Positions 1-9,921 of a stretch of 64,000 bases of DNA are shown here, piece by piece. The notes under the pieces were generated by a model. It had not been told where the DNA came from and searched no databases. It saw nothing but the letters and a program-made list of their open reading frames with translations. The translations under genes were made by a program, and so were the position numbers. The DNA is from an uncultured archaeon (GTDB lineage: Archaea > Asgardarchaeota > Lokiarchaeia > Sigyniarchaeales > SOKP01), in the NCBI GenBank assembly GCA_964486045.1, contig CAZALK010000001.1, forward strand, positions 904,242-968,241, in the 5' to 3' direction. The number at the start of each line of letters is the position of its first letter. Position 1 is the stretch's first letter.

Positions 1-1
1 C

Positions 2-70
2 CCAGATGAATACAGATTACCTTATAACGATGAAAAAATCGATTATGATTGGGAAATTAAAATGGGGTAA
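2..70 (+). CDS. rmlC: 3' end of dTDP-4-dehydrorhamnose 3,5-epimerase-like protein (partial)
   Basis: Frame 2 reads PDEYRLPYNDEKIDYDWEIKMG*, a typical RmlC-like C-terminus; lies directly upstream of rmlB/rmlD. Confidence 0.7.
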   Translation, partial: PDEYRLPYNDEKIDYDWEIKMG

Positions 71-90
71 TATCTACTAGTGAATTTTAG

Positions 91-1119
91 GTGAAAATGA
101 AAACTATTTTAGTAACTGGCGGAATGGGTTTTATTGGAAGCAATTTCATCCGTTTTATATTAGGATTAAATGAAGATTTCAAAATAATTAATGTAGACAA
201 GTTAACTTATGCGGGAAATCTTGAAAATTTAAAAAATATAGAAAAAAAATATGTAGAATGTTACAAATTTTACAAAAGTGATATTTGTGATTTTGATACT
301 ATAGATAGGATTATTATAAAAGAAAATGTGGAATTTATCATTAATTTCGCTGCTGAAACACATGTCGATCGTTCAATAGATAATCCAAAACTTTTTTGTG
401 ATACAAATATTTTAGGCACTCAATCGCTATTAAATTCGGCAAAAAAGAATAAAATTAAAAAATTTGTTCATATTTCTACAGATGAGGTGTATGGATCGCT
501 TAATTTCACAGATCCAGCCTTTACTGAAAAAACTCCTTTATCTCCTAATAGTCCATACGCTGCAAGCAAAGCTTCAGCTGATCTTTTACTAAATGCATAT
601 TATAAAACTTATAATTTCCCTGTAGTTATTACTCGATGCTCTAATAATTACGGACCCTGTCAATTTCCCGAAAAATTTATCCCTTTAATAATTCATAATG
701 CGTTGAATTCTAAAGAACTTCCAATTTATGGCGAAGGAATTAATGTTAGAGATTGGATTTATGTAGTTGACCATTGTAAAGGGATTTTAGATGTATTTTT
801 ACAAGGAAGAGTTGGTGAAATCTATAATCTTGGGGGAGATTCGGAAATCAGAAATACCGATTTAGTTAAAAAAATATTAAAGATTCTGGATCGTCCAGAA
901 TCTCTTATAACTTATGTTAAAGATCGTCCTGGTCATGATTTAAGATATGCTATGAACCATGAGAAAATCTCAAAAGAATTAAATTGGAAACCTGAAGTCA
1001 AACTCGAGGAAGGATTAGAATTGACCGCTGAATGGTATATTAATAATGAAGATTGGTTAACTAATGTAATTAATAAGGAATATCTAACTTTTTATGAAAA
1101 ACAATATAAAAATAGATAA
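91..1119 (+). CDS. rmlB: dTDP-glucose 4,6-dehydratase
   Basis: GGMGFIG, NFAAETHVDRS, STDEVYG, YAASK, NNYGP, RPGHDLRY motifs. Confidence 0.95.
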   Translation: MKMKTILVTGGMGFIGSNFIRFILGLNEDFKIINVDKLTYAGNLENLKNIEKKYVECYKFYKSDICDFDTIDRIIIKENVEFIINFAAETHVDRSIDNPKLFCDTNILGTQSLLNSAKKNKIKKFVHISTDEVYGSLNFTDPAFTEKTPLSPNSPYAASKASADLLLNAYYKTYNFPVVITRCSNNYGPCQFPEKFIPLIIHNALNSKELPIYGEGINVRDWIYVVDHCKGILDVFLQGRVGEIYNLGGDSEIRNTDLVKKILKILDRPESLITYVKDRPGHDLRYAMNHEKISKELNWKPEVKLEEGLELTAEWYINNEDWLTNVINKEYLTFYEKQYKNR

Positions 1120-2035
1120 AAACAGTAAAAAAGTCTTATTAATAGGAGCAAATGGGTTTTTAGGATCTAATATTCTTAATCTCAAAAATTCGAAAGAATC
1201 AATACATCAAAACTTATTATTTTTTGCTGCTGATTTAAAAAATACTAGAGTTATTAGAAATATACCTTTTTATCATTTAGATATAACTGATTCAACGTTT
1301 GTTTCTAACACAATTGCGAAAATATCTCCAGATGTTATTATTTTAACAGCGGCGTTAACTCACGTCGATCAATGTGAAATTAATAAAAGTCTTGCTACAC
1401 AGGTTAATGTAGAGGGTCCCAAAAATGTTATTGAAGCAAGTAAGAAAATAAATAGCAAGCTAATTTTTATCTCTACTGATTTTATTTTTGATGGAACTAA
1501 AGAAAAAGGTTCTTATTACTCCGAATTCGATCCCCCAAATCCTTTAAACTATTATGCCAAAACTAAATTAGAAGCTGAGCAACAAATTGTTAATTCTGAG
1601 ATAGATTATCTTATTTGTAGGACTGCTGTTTTATATGGATGGAATAACGAAAAATTAAATTTTATCACATGGATGCTCAAAAATTTTGAACAAAATAATA
1701 AAATTTCAATTGTCAAAGATCAAATAAATTCTCCAACCTTTATCCGAAATTTGGCTGAAATTATAATAAAATTAATTGAAAAAGACGCAAGAGGAATATA
1801 TCACACAGCAGGTGATAGTATGCTAAGTAGATATGAAATGGCAAAACAATGTGCAGAAGTTTTTGGTTTTAGTAATGATTTAATCGAAGGTATTGATAAT
1901 TTAAAACAAAAAGCTACTCGACCCAAAAATGTTGGATTAAATATCAATAAACTTAAAAATCTTTTAGGTGATGAGTTAAAAATTTATAAATTTGAAGAAG
2001 GTCTTCGGTATATGAAAAGACATAAGAACTTATGA
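1094..2035 (+). CDS. rmlD: dTDP-4-dehydrorhamnose reductase
   Basis: GANGFLG, AALTHVDQCE, STDFIFDG, YAKTK, DQINSPT motifs; overlaps the end of rmlB. Confidence 0.9.
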   Translation: MKNNIKIDKNSKKVLLIGANGFLGSNILNLKNSKESIHQNLLFFAADLKNTRVIRNIPFYHLDITDSTFVSNTIAKISPDVIILTAALTHVDQCEINKSLATQVNVEGPKNVIEASKKINSKLIFISTDFIFDGTKEKGSYYSEFDPPNPLNYYAKTKLEAEQQIVNSEIDYLICRTAVLYGWNNEKLNFITWMLKNFEQNNKISIVKDQINSPTFIRNLAEIIIKLIEKDARGIYHTAGDSMLSRYEMAKQCAEVFGFSNDLIEGIDNLKQKATRPKNVGLNINKLKNLLGDELKIYKFEEGLRYMKRHKNL

Positions 2036-2164
2036 ATAAAATTTTCTTGATATTTTGCCCCACTTCTTCTATTAATTGTTTATTATGGTATAACGTATTA
2101 ATATTAATTAAAAATATTAATTAAAACCTTAATATTATTTCTATAGATAAATATACTAACTAAA

Positions 2165-3301
2165 TTGAAAATAAGTAATCAAATGAATCATATTTTAAAC
2201 CAATTTCTACGAATCATATTGTATTGTCTAGATTATAGTTTAAAAAAGTATAAAAGTTACTATTTATATAAACTGAAGAGGTTTTTGCTAGGAATTAACA
2301 CAAAAGTGATTTATGTCGTCGAAGAAGATAGTTGGGCAATTGAATGGGTTGGAAAAAATATAATTGAAAATTTAAAGAATTTAAAGCTAATAAATGCTGA
2401 AATAACAACTCCACAGATATATCAAAAAAAAATATTTCATTTTGGTTCAATTAATTGTTTAATAATTAAGAATAGAATAATTAAACCCCATAAATCTAAT
2501 AAAATTGTACTAACTTGGTTTCATATCAACCCTTTAGATAAAAGGATTAAGTTTATTCCGATTATAAATAAGTTCGTTGATTACGTACATACTTCAAACA
2601 ATATAACAGCAAATCAATTGAAAAAATATGGTTTTGATGAAAATAAAATAATAATAATACCATTAGGTGTTGATATTTCCCACTTTAAAATATTTAATGA
2701 TAAAAAAAGAAATTCGTTAAAAGAGAAATATAATATACCCAAGAATAAGATTATTATTGGGTCATTTCAGAAGGATAGTGTAGGATGGGGTGAAGGTTTA
2801 AAACCAAAATTAGTGAAAGGTCCTGATATTTTCTGTCAAGTCGTAAACAGATTGAGTAAAGATTATGAAATTCATATTTTTCTTACTGGACCAGCAAGAG
2901 GATATGTTAAGAAACAGTTAGAAGACTATGGAATACCTTATACTCATATATTTCTCAAGAATTATCTTGATATTGTAGAATGTTATAATATTCTGGATTT
3001 ATATTTAGTAACCTCTAGAATTGAAGGAGGGCCTTTAGCTATATTAGAAGGAATGGCAACAGGAGTTCCGATTGTAACTACAAATGTAGGTATGGTTCCT
3101 GAAATAATTCAAAATGGTTTGAATGGATTCATAACTGAAATAGAAGATATTGATAAATTATGTCAATTCTCTATAAGTATAATAAAAAATAAAGATTTGA
3201 GGGAAAAATTCATTGCTAACGGATTGAAATCTGTTCAAAACTTCAGTTGGAAAGAAATTGCAAAAGAATATTATGAAAAAATATATAAAAGGTTATTATA
3301 A
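2165..3301 (+). CDS. GT4-family glycosyltransferase
   Basis: C-terminal SRIEGGPLAILEGMATGVPIVTT (ExxxxxxxE) GT-B motif. Confidence 0.88.
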   Translation: MKISNQMNHILNQFLRIILYCLDYSLKKYKSYYLYKLKRFLLGINTKVIYVVEEDSWAIEWVGKNIIENLKNLKLINAEITTPQIYQKKIFHFGSINCLIIKNRIIKPHKSNKIVLTWFHINPLDKRIKFIPIINKFVDYVHTSNNITANQLKKYGFDENKIIIIPLGVDISHFKIFNDKKRNSLKEKYNIPKNKIIIGSFQKDSVGWGEGLKPKLVKGPDIFCQVVNRLSKDYEIHIFLTGPARGYVKKQLEDYGIPYTHIFLKNYLDIVECYNILDLYLVTSRIEGGPLAILEGMATGVPIVTTNVGMVPEIIQNGLNGFITEIEDIDKLCQFSISIIKNKDLREKFIANGLKSVQNFSWKEIAKEYYEKIYKRLL

Positions 3302-3967
3302 GTGTTGTTTTTTATTTTTTCTTGCAATAATAAAATAACCATTATGAAAATTATTTAACACTAAATTCTTTTTTACATTAGGTTTATTATCAAATCTAAT
3401 CATCAGGTTTAAAAACGGTATTATTATTTTTAAGAAAAATCTTTCCATTTTCGACCCATATATCAATTTCGCTCTGATAATTTCTGCCAAATGTGTATAA
3501 TATCTACCCATAATTATAAGATTCTCAATTTTGAAGTTATGTTTTTTTAATTCTCCTCTCCATTTGGTAGAAGTCCACCTTTGAAAATCAAATGGATCAG
3601 CATGAATTTGCCATAGAAAAGGAATTGAGATAATCAAAATTCCTTTTTTTTTTAATACACGTTGACATTCGCTTAAACCCTTTTCTATTTCTTCGACATG
3701 CTCAAATAATTCAATAGCATTAATTACATCTATACTTTCCGTTTCAATATGTGACATATTTGCGACATCTAAAACAATATCAGGCTTATTTTCTTTATTT
3801 ATATCCGCAAAAATCCATTTTTTGACCTTATCTTTGGGTTTTTTAAAATATCCTCTATCCCTTCCCCCGATATCTAAAACAACCCCTTGATAAAAACTTT
3901 TATATTTTTCTAAAAGTTGATCAATAATTTTTCGTCGATAAGATATAGAAATTTTAGATTTTTTCAT
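3296..3967 (-). CDS. class I SAM-dependent methyltransferase (type 11)
   Basis: VLDIGG, ELFEHV, RVLKKKG, HADPFDFQRW motifs. Confidence 0.85.
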   Translation of the reverse strand: MKKSKISISYRRKIIDQLLEKYKSFYQGVVLDIGGRDRGYFKKPKDKVKKWIFADINKENKPDIVLDVANMSHIETESIDVINAIELFEHVEEIEKGLSECQRVLKKKGILIISIPFLWQIHADPFDFQRWTSTKWRGELKKHNFKIENLIIMGRYYTHLAEIIRAKLIYGSKMERFFLKIIIPFLNLMIRFDNKPNVKKNLVLNNFHNGYFIIARKNKKQHL

Positions 3968-4110
3968 TACTTTTTATTAAGATAGGGGTTTTTAGAACAT
4001 TAAATTCAAATGATTTAGAAAAATTATTTACGCAACTTCTAATATTTTAATATAATGATTTAACAATTAAAAATATATAATCAAGCAAGTCTTACACCTT
4101 TTAAATTCCA

Positions 4111-5214
4111 TTGAGAAAGAAAATGAAAGAAATTAAAATCTACATTGAATATAAATTTTTTCAAGGACCTTATGGAGGTGGAAATCAATTCTTAAAAGCG
4201 TTAAAAAATTCATTAATAAAAAAGGGTTATTATAGTAATAACCCAAAGAAAGCAGATTGTATATTGTTCAATTCTCACCATAATATTCAAGAGGTTTTAA
4301 GATTAAAGTTAGAAAATCAATCAAAGATTTTCATTCACAGGTTAGATGGTCCAATTCAGTTAGTCAGAGGTAATGGTCATAACTTAGATCCTCGAATATA
4401 TATATTAAACAATCTTATTGCTGATGGAACAATTTTTCAGTCTAAATGGAGTCAAAAGAAGAACTATCTACTAGGGTTAAAGAAAAACAACTTTGAAACA
4501 ATAATAAATAATGGAGCTGATAAAGATATCTTTTATCGGAGTGAACCGGGGAATGTAGAACTGAATATCAAAAATAAAGTTAAATTAATCGCAACAAGCT
4601 GGTCGGAAAATTTAAATAAAGGTTTTCATCTTTACAAATTTTTAGATGAATATCTTAATTTTAACCAATATCACATGAAATTTATTGGAAATAGCCCAAT
4701 TAGATTTAAAAATATTCAGATGATTAAACCTAAAGAATCTAAAAAGTTGGCAAATCTATTACAACGAAGTCATATCTATATCACTGGATCTAAAAATGAT
4801 CCTTGTTCAAATTCTCTAATTGAAGCATTATCATGCGGATTGCCATGTGTTGCTTTAAATGATGGAGGTCATCCAGAGATCGTAAAAAATGGGGGAGAAC
4901 TATTCAATAACTTTAATGATTGCCTAAAGAAAATACAATTAGTTAGAGATAATTATAAAACTTATCGAGACAATATCCAAATCCAACATGTTGACCAGGT
5001 ATGTGAATTATATTATAAATTTATCAAAAAAATATATTTATCATATTCAACCAGAGAATATAAGGTTAAAAAACTTACTTTATTCAATTATTATAGTACA
5101 TTATTCAAGTGTTTGTATATTAGAAATATTAAAATAAGACCATCTATTAGAAATGAGATGAATAGAATAAAATCATGGTGGAAAAAATCAATAAGAAAAT
5201 TACAACGAAATTAG
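4111..5214 (+). CDS. GT4-family glycosyltransferase
   Basis: GGGNQF N-terminus, HRLDGP, DPCSNSLIEALSCGLP, GGHPE. Confidence 0.85.
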   Translation: MRKKMKEIKIYIEYKFFQGPYGGGNQFLKALKNSLIKKGYYSNNPKKADCILFNSHHNIQEVLRLKLENQSKIFIHRLDGPIQLVRGNGHNLDPRIYILNNLIADGTIFQSKWSQKKNYLLGLKKNNFETIINNGADKDIFYRSEPGNVELNIKNKVKLIATSWSENLNKGFHLYKFLDEYLNFNQYHMKFIGNSPIRFKNIQMIKPKESKKLANLLQRSHIYITGSKNDPCSNSLIEALSCGLPCVALNDGGHPEIVKNGGELFNNFNDCLKKIQLVRDNYKTYRDNIQIQHVDQVCELYYKFIKKIYLSYSTREYKVKKLTLFNYYSTLFKCLYIRNIKIRPSIRNEMNRIKSWWKKSIRKLQRN

Positions 5215-5353
5215 AAAAAATAAAATAGATCGATGAAGTTTTAAAATTAATGAAGATAAAATATGTGCCGAATTCATCTAATAAAATGAATCTTGATTCT
5301 TATGAATTTTCTTATATACGTTCAGTAAATAATCAATATACTTCCTCAAGACA

Positions 5354-6154
5354 ATGAAAAATCGTAGCATAGCATTAATTGTACTAAGTGTTATAAATAA
5401 GCTTTTACGTATCCTACATTTTAATTTTCTATTTATGATTAAATCCAATGATTCTAAAGAAAAAATAATACCAATTGATATACAAGGGGAAAAGGGATTT
5501 ATGGATCTTTATAAAAAATGTAAAGATTATACTATGACTTCCGTTGAAAGGATGTTTTCGCTATATAAGGCTATAGAATTTATAGTAGATAATAAAATAC
5601 CTGGAGACATTGTAGAATGTGGTGTCTGGAAAGGGGGGAGTATGATGCTTTGTGCACTAAAATTATTAGAAATGGGGGAAATTACACGAAAAATTTATTT
5701 GTACGATACATATAAGGGAATGACTGAACCTTCGCATCATGATATAAGAACCTTCGATAATTTTAAAGCAAAAACTAAATATGATAAATTGAAACATAAA
5801 GGTATCAAATGGGATTATGCTTCATTAAATGAGGTGAAAAGAAATTGTATTTCAACTGGTTTCCCTAAAATGAATTTAATCTTTATAGAAGGGAGAATTG
5901 AAGAGACAATACCTCAGACGGTTCCCAAAAAAATATCAATACTTAGATTAGATACAGATTGGTACGAATCCACGTATCACGAACTATATCATTTGTATCC
6001 AAAATTATCTGTGAATGGAATATTAATCTTAGATGATTATGGGCATTGGAAGGGAGCAAAAGAAGCAACAGATAAATATATCAAGGAAAATAATATAAAA
6101 ATATTATTTAATAGGAACGACAAAACGGGAAGATTAGGGATCAAGATGAATTAA
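5354..6154 (+). CDS. TylF/MycF/NovP-family O-methyltransferase
   Basis: GDIVECGVWKGGS, LRLDTDWYEST, DDYGHWKG motifs. Confidence 0.92.
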   Translation: MKNRSIALIVLSVINKLLRILHFNFLFMIKSNDSKEKIIPIDIQGEKGFMDLYKKCKDYTMTSVERMFSLYKAIEFIVDNKIPGDIVECGVWKGGSMMLCALKLLEMGEITRKIYLYDTYKGMTEPSHHDIRTFDNFKAKTKYDKLKHKGIKWDYASLNEVKRNCISTGFPKMNLIFIEGRIEETIPQTVPKKISILRLDTDWYESTYHELYHLYPKLSVNGILILDDYGHWKGAKEATDKYIKENNIKILFNRNDKTGRLGIKMN

Positions 6155-6156
6155 AT

Positions 6157-7791
6157 TTAAAAAGAGTTATTCGATACTTTTATTTCTCTCTTAGAAGGAA
6201 TAAATTTTCTGGTTATTTTTACAATCCTTAGAATAAATCTCTTTTTTGAATTAAGAATTGGAATGATTTCAATTAATTTATCAAATTCTTCTTTAGTAAT
6301 ATATCTTGTAAAATATATAGCAATATAAAATAAAAATAAAAATATTGAAAATTTAATAATGCTATTTAATAAAAGGTTTAAAATTTCAAAACCACTGAAA
6401 ATTTGGATGTTTACAAAAGAGGAAATTATAATTGTAATTAATAAACTCGCCATAATTAATAAAGTAGGCTTATAAATAGTTATAATATTTAGATTTAGCT
6501 TAGTATAATGATTGTTTAATAAAAATGAAATAAAACTATAAAAATATGAAGAAATAACATACAAGATAATTAAAAATTCAAAATTAAAGAATAATATCGC
6601 TATAGCTGTACTTGTAATATGAATAGTCACTTGAATTATATTCATTTGTACAGAAATTATAGTATTATTTGTTGAAAAAGTGATAATACCTAAAGATCTC
6701 AAGATTATCCTTGAAAATGTAATCAATACAAATACTTTTATAGCAAAAATTATTACAAAATAGGTTTCGGTATATATCAATTCAAAAAAAACCTCTATAA
6801 AAAAAAATAATAACCCTACCAGAATACCACTAAGTAATAATGAATATTTTAAGAAATTGATAAAATACGATTTAAATTCAGACTTACTCTTTACATATAA
6901 CTCTGAAAATATTGAAGTGGACTGTTTCGAGTTTGAAGTATTTAAAACAAAACCTATCATTTTCTCACCTATCGCTATATAAGTTATAAAAATAATTACA
7001 CCAGAATTTAAATATAAGAAGTTTAGAATGAGGATACCTGCTTGGCTGATTAAACCCATTACAATCACATTTAATCCATATTTCTTCTGCAACTCATTAA
7101 ATTTTTGTTTATAATCTTTAATGCTTATTTTTTTTTTATTTTTGTTTTTAATATTTAAGAGGGGTAAAATTGATAAAAATGACGTTAAAAAAGTAGAAAA
7201 CCCATTTAACAAATTTAAGAAAGTAATTAATATTAATGGTATTTTTAACTGAAAAATAAAAATCATAAAAAGACAAACTGTAAATATAAGAATATTCAAA
7301 ATATTTATCCAAAATAATCGTCTAAATTTCTGGAAAGCTAATAAAATTGATAGGTTTAAATTTTGGAAATTATTAAAAAAAATCATTGGTGAAACAATAA
7401 TAATTATTTGAAACAGTTGGAGTTCAATATTTAACAAACTAATTATTATTAAAAATAGGATGTAGATAATTACTGTGTAGAAGAATCTATTTTTATAATT
7501 GTAATAAACAAAACTTAGTAGTTCTTCTTCAACTTTTTCATTTTCAGCAAGTAATCGAGGGATATAATATGTAATTGTTGACGTTGCACCAGGTGGAAAA
7601 AAACCACAAATAAAAACAGCGAAATTTAAAATTGATAAAGCTAGAATAATTGTAGCCCATTCTTCTGGTGAAATTAATCTTACTATTAAAAATGTGGTAA
7701 AAATACCAATAATAAAACTTAAATTCAAAAATATTGCATTTAGACTACTACTTTCAAAAATCTTCTTTTTTATTTTTTTATTTTCAGTCAT
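6157..7791 (-). CDS. polysaccharide/oligosaccharide flippase (MOP/Wzx-like)
   Basis: 544 aa, many hydrophobic segments, RLISPEEWA motif after the first helix, glycan-cluster context. Confidence 0.7.
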   Translation of the reverse strand: MTENKKIKKKIFESSSLNAIFLNLSFIIGIFTTFLIVRLISPEEWATIILALSILNFAVFICGFFPPGATSTITYYIPRLLAENEKVEEELLSFVYYNYKNRFFYTVIIYILFLIIISLLNIELQLFQIIIIVSPMIFFNNFQNLNLSILLAFQKFRRLFWINILNILIFTVCLFMIFIFQLKIPLILITFLNLLNGFSTFLTSFLSILPLLNIKNKNKKKISIKDYKQKFNELQKKYGLNVIVMGLISQAGILILNFLYLNSGVIIFITYIAIGEKMIGFVLNTSNSKQSTSIFSELYVKSKSEFKSYFINFLKYSLLLSGILVGLLFFFIEVFFELIYTETYFVIIFAIKVFVLITFSRIILRSLGIITFSTNNTIISVQMNIIQVTIHITSTAIAILFFNFEFLIILYVISSYFYSFISFLLNNHYTKLNLNIITIYKPTLLIMASLLITIIISSFVNIQIFSGFEILNLLLNSIIKFSIFLFLFYIAIYFTRYITKEEFDKLIEIIPILNSKKRFILRIVKITRKFIPSKREIKVSNNSF

Positions 7792-7901
7792 TTACAATTA
7801 GTTATTAAAATTTACTAAAATTTAATACATATTATAATCAATAAAATAAATTCCTTTTTCTCAATTCATCAATATATTTTGATAAACCAAAAATTAGTTG
7901 A

Positions 7902-8001
7902 ATTCTAATGGGAGAATGACTATTTCTAAGATTACTGACGATTCAGATTTTTCCTTAGATGAATGATTACGATGTTAATGATGTTGTCAACTCATTAGAA
8001 T
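7902..8001 (+). ncRNA. candidate structured intergenic RNA element (unassigned)
   Basis: Nested stems: ATTCTAATGGG/CTCATTAGAAT (11 bp, one G-U), TGAC/GTCA, TCTAAG/CTTAGA, CTGA-CGAT-TCAG. Confidence 0.3.
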
Positions 8002-8034
8002 AAGTGTTAAGATATAATAAAAAATAAACAGACT

Positions 8035-8724
8035 TCATATATCATTTCTGATACTTCTTATTAATTCAAATGCTTCAACATAAGTTTTTCCGACCTTGCG
8101 ACCCCAATCTTGAGCCATAATTCTTATTCCTTTGAGTGATCTTGAGTGCGGGTATTCTCTCAGTTCAGTTTTATAACATGCTAATGCTTTTAATTTTAAA
8201 TCAATCGTAGCAGAAATATCTATAAATACATTTGGTCTAAACAAATTATCTCCAGTGTTGATTTGCCATTCTGTCGCTGATGGTATTTCAAAACAATAAA
8301 TATCAGGATGGTTAAAATTAGGTTGAGGTCTACATGCAGTTAGAACAGCTTGAAAAGTTTTCCTATGATCAATGTTTAAATCTCCATGATGGTGAGTAAA
8401 TATTGTATCTGGCTTTATTTTTTCTATATAAGTTGAAACAGTTTTAACAAGATTCAATAGGGGTAATTTGTCGAATTCATTATCTGGGAAAGATTCAAAG
8501 AACGTATTTTTTATATCGATAACGTCATGAGCATTTTTAGTTTCTACTCTTAACTCTTTCTTTTCATCATTTGAAAATTCCTTTGTTCTTGAGGTTATAG
8601 CATCAACTAAAATTAAGGCTGAGATTACATTATCTTTTGCCAACTTTACTATTGTTCCTCCACACCCTAAGATTTCATCATCAGGATGGGCTGCAATGAT
8701 CAAGATTTTTTTATTTTTCATCAA
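8035..8724 (-). CDS. PIG-L/LmbE-family N-deacetylase
   Basis: AAHPDDEILGCGG and THHHGDLNIDH Zn-binding motifs. Confidence 0.9.
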   Translation of the reverse strand: MMKNKKILIIAAHPDDEILGCGGTIVKLAKDNVISALILVDAITSRTKEFSNDEKKELRVETKNAHDVIDIKNTFFESFPDNEFDKLPLLNLVKTVSTYIEKIKPDTIFTHHHGDLNIDHRKTFQAVLTACRPQPNFNHPDIYCFEIPSATEWQINTGDNLFRPNVFIDISATIDLKLKALACYKTELREYPHSRSLKGIRIMAQDWGRKVGKTYVEAFELIRSIRNDI

Positions 8725-9409
8725 TTGAAGGTTCCTCTTTCCTAATTATTACATTTGCTTTTAGTATATCATTTTTAAGAATGGGGTTATAAAACTCATA
8801 TTTAATATTATTTAATTTTAGAAATGCTTTAGGATAACTTTCAGCATCTAACATCCTTATAAAATCATATATTTTTCTAATTGATGTTAAATCCTTTAGG
8901 TTGCCTTCTTCAGCACCTCTTCGCCTAAACTTAGTTATTGTTCCTTTTTGAGGGATTGGGAATAATTTTTCATTTATTATCTCACCAATCATCTTATATA
9001 TTATATCTGATGCTTTTTTAAAAATATCTTCAGCTGTACCATGTTCAATATTCAAATACTTCTTTAAATAAATATTGCCAGCATCTAATTCTTTAACAAC
9101 TCTAAAAGCAGAGATTTTAGTTTCATAAATTCCTCTGGCAATTAAGTTTTGTAAGGGACTACCACCTCTACCGAAGGGTAAATCTGTCATGTGGAATAAT
9201 ATACATTCATATTTCTCAAATATTTCCTTGGGAATAATCCAAGACCAATGAATGAAGAAAATCTTCTTAGGGTTAATGGTATCCACGTTTTCTAATGAAA
9301 AATCTTCTTTTTTAGAGATAAGATGCCAGTTTCCCTTATAGGCCTTTGTATATTTGAAAAAATTTTCAATATTCCAAGATTTAATAGTAACTAATAAATA
9401 TTCTCCCAT
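8711..9409 (-). CDS. sugar N-formyltransferase (Fmt-like)
   Basis: FHMTDLPFGRGGSPLQNLI, ELDAG, IRMLDAESYP. Confidence 0.85.
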   Translation of the reverse strand: MGEYLLVTIKSWNIENFFKYTKAYKGNWHLISKKEDFSLENVDTINPKKIFFIHWSWIIPKEIFEKYECILFHMTDLPFGRGGSPLQNLIARGIYETKISAFRVVKELDAGNIYLKKYLNIEHGTAEDIFKKASDIIYKMIGEIINEKLFPIPQKGTITKFRRRGAEEGNLKDLTSIRKIYDFIRMLDAESYPKAFLKLNNIKYEFYNPILKNDILKANVIIRKEEPSIDEK

Positions 9410-9444
9410 TTTAGATTAAAACACCCATTATGATCCAAATACTA

Positions 9445-9909
9445 CTAAATTTTTTTCTTAAAAGTAATTATTGATTTCTCAAAACCATTTTTTTTAAAGA
9501 AATTTCTGCCCCCTATATTATCAATTACCGTCTTAGCAGTAAGTTCTGGAATTCCCAAATGCTTCATTTCTTTTTCAAATAATTGATAAGCATATGAGCC
9601 AATACCACTTTTTTGAAACAATTCCAACAAAGCAATACTAATCTCATGTTTTTCTTTATTATCACTTCTTTTTTTTGTCAATCTAATATACCCACAGATC
9701 TCTGATTTAAATTTAATAATATAAATATGCTCCTTGTCAAAAATTTCTTCCCACCATTTACAATGTTCTTTATAAGGAACCTTTTTAGAAGTTAAATGAA
9801 AGAATTCAATATTTTCATTAAATATTTCCCATACAGCTTTTTTATGAGATTCTATATCTTTTTGTGCTAATATAAGTTTAACCTCCTCAAAATTTACATT
9901 CATCTTCAT
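9445..9909 (-). CDS. GNAT N-acetyltransferase, PseH-like
   Basis: EHCKWW, FQKSGIG acetyl-CoA loop, N..FFKKNGF; follows pseG. Confidence 0.75.
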   Translation of the reverse strand: MKMNVNFEEVKLILAQKDIESHKKAVWEIFNENIEFFHLTSKKVPYKEHCKWWEEIFDKEHIYIIKFKSEICGYIRLTKKRSDNKEKHEISIALLELFQKSGIGSYAYQLFEKEMKHLGIPELTAKTVIDNIGGRNFFKKNGFEKSIITFKKKI

Positions 9910-9921
9910 TGCTCAATCTTT

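Noticed and set aside
2100-2127. Tandem AATATTAATTAAAA repeat
   Set aside because: Low-complexity AT sequence; not CRISPR-like
7915-7967. SECIS element (AUGA...GA core with mini-stem)
   Set aside because: No conserved apical AA and no co-oriented gene with an in-frame TGA; kept only as an unassigned structure
8711-9409. fmt (Met-tRNA formyltransferase) annotation
   Set aside because: Archaea do not formylate initiator tRNA; the short length and context indicate a sugar formyltransferase
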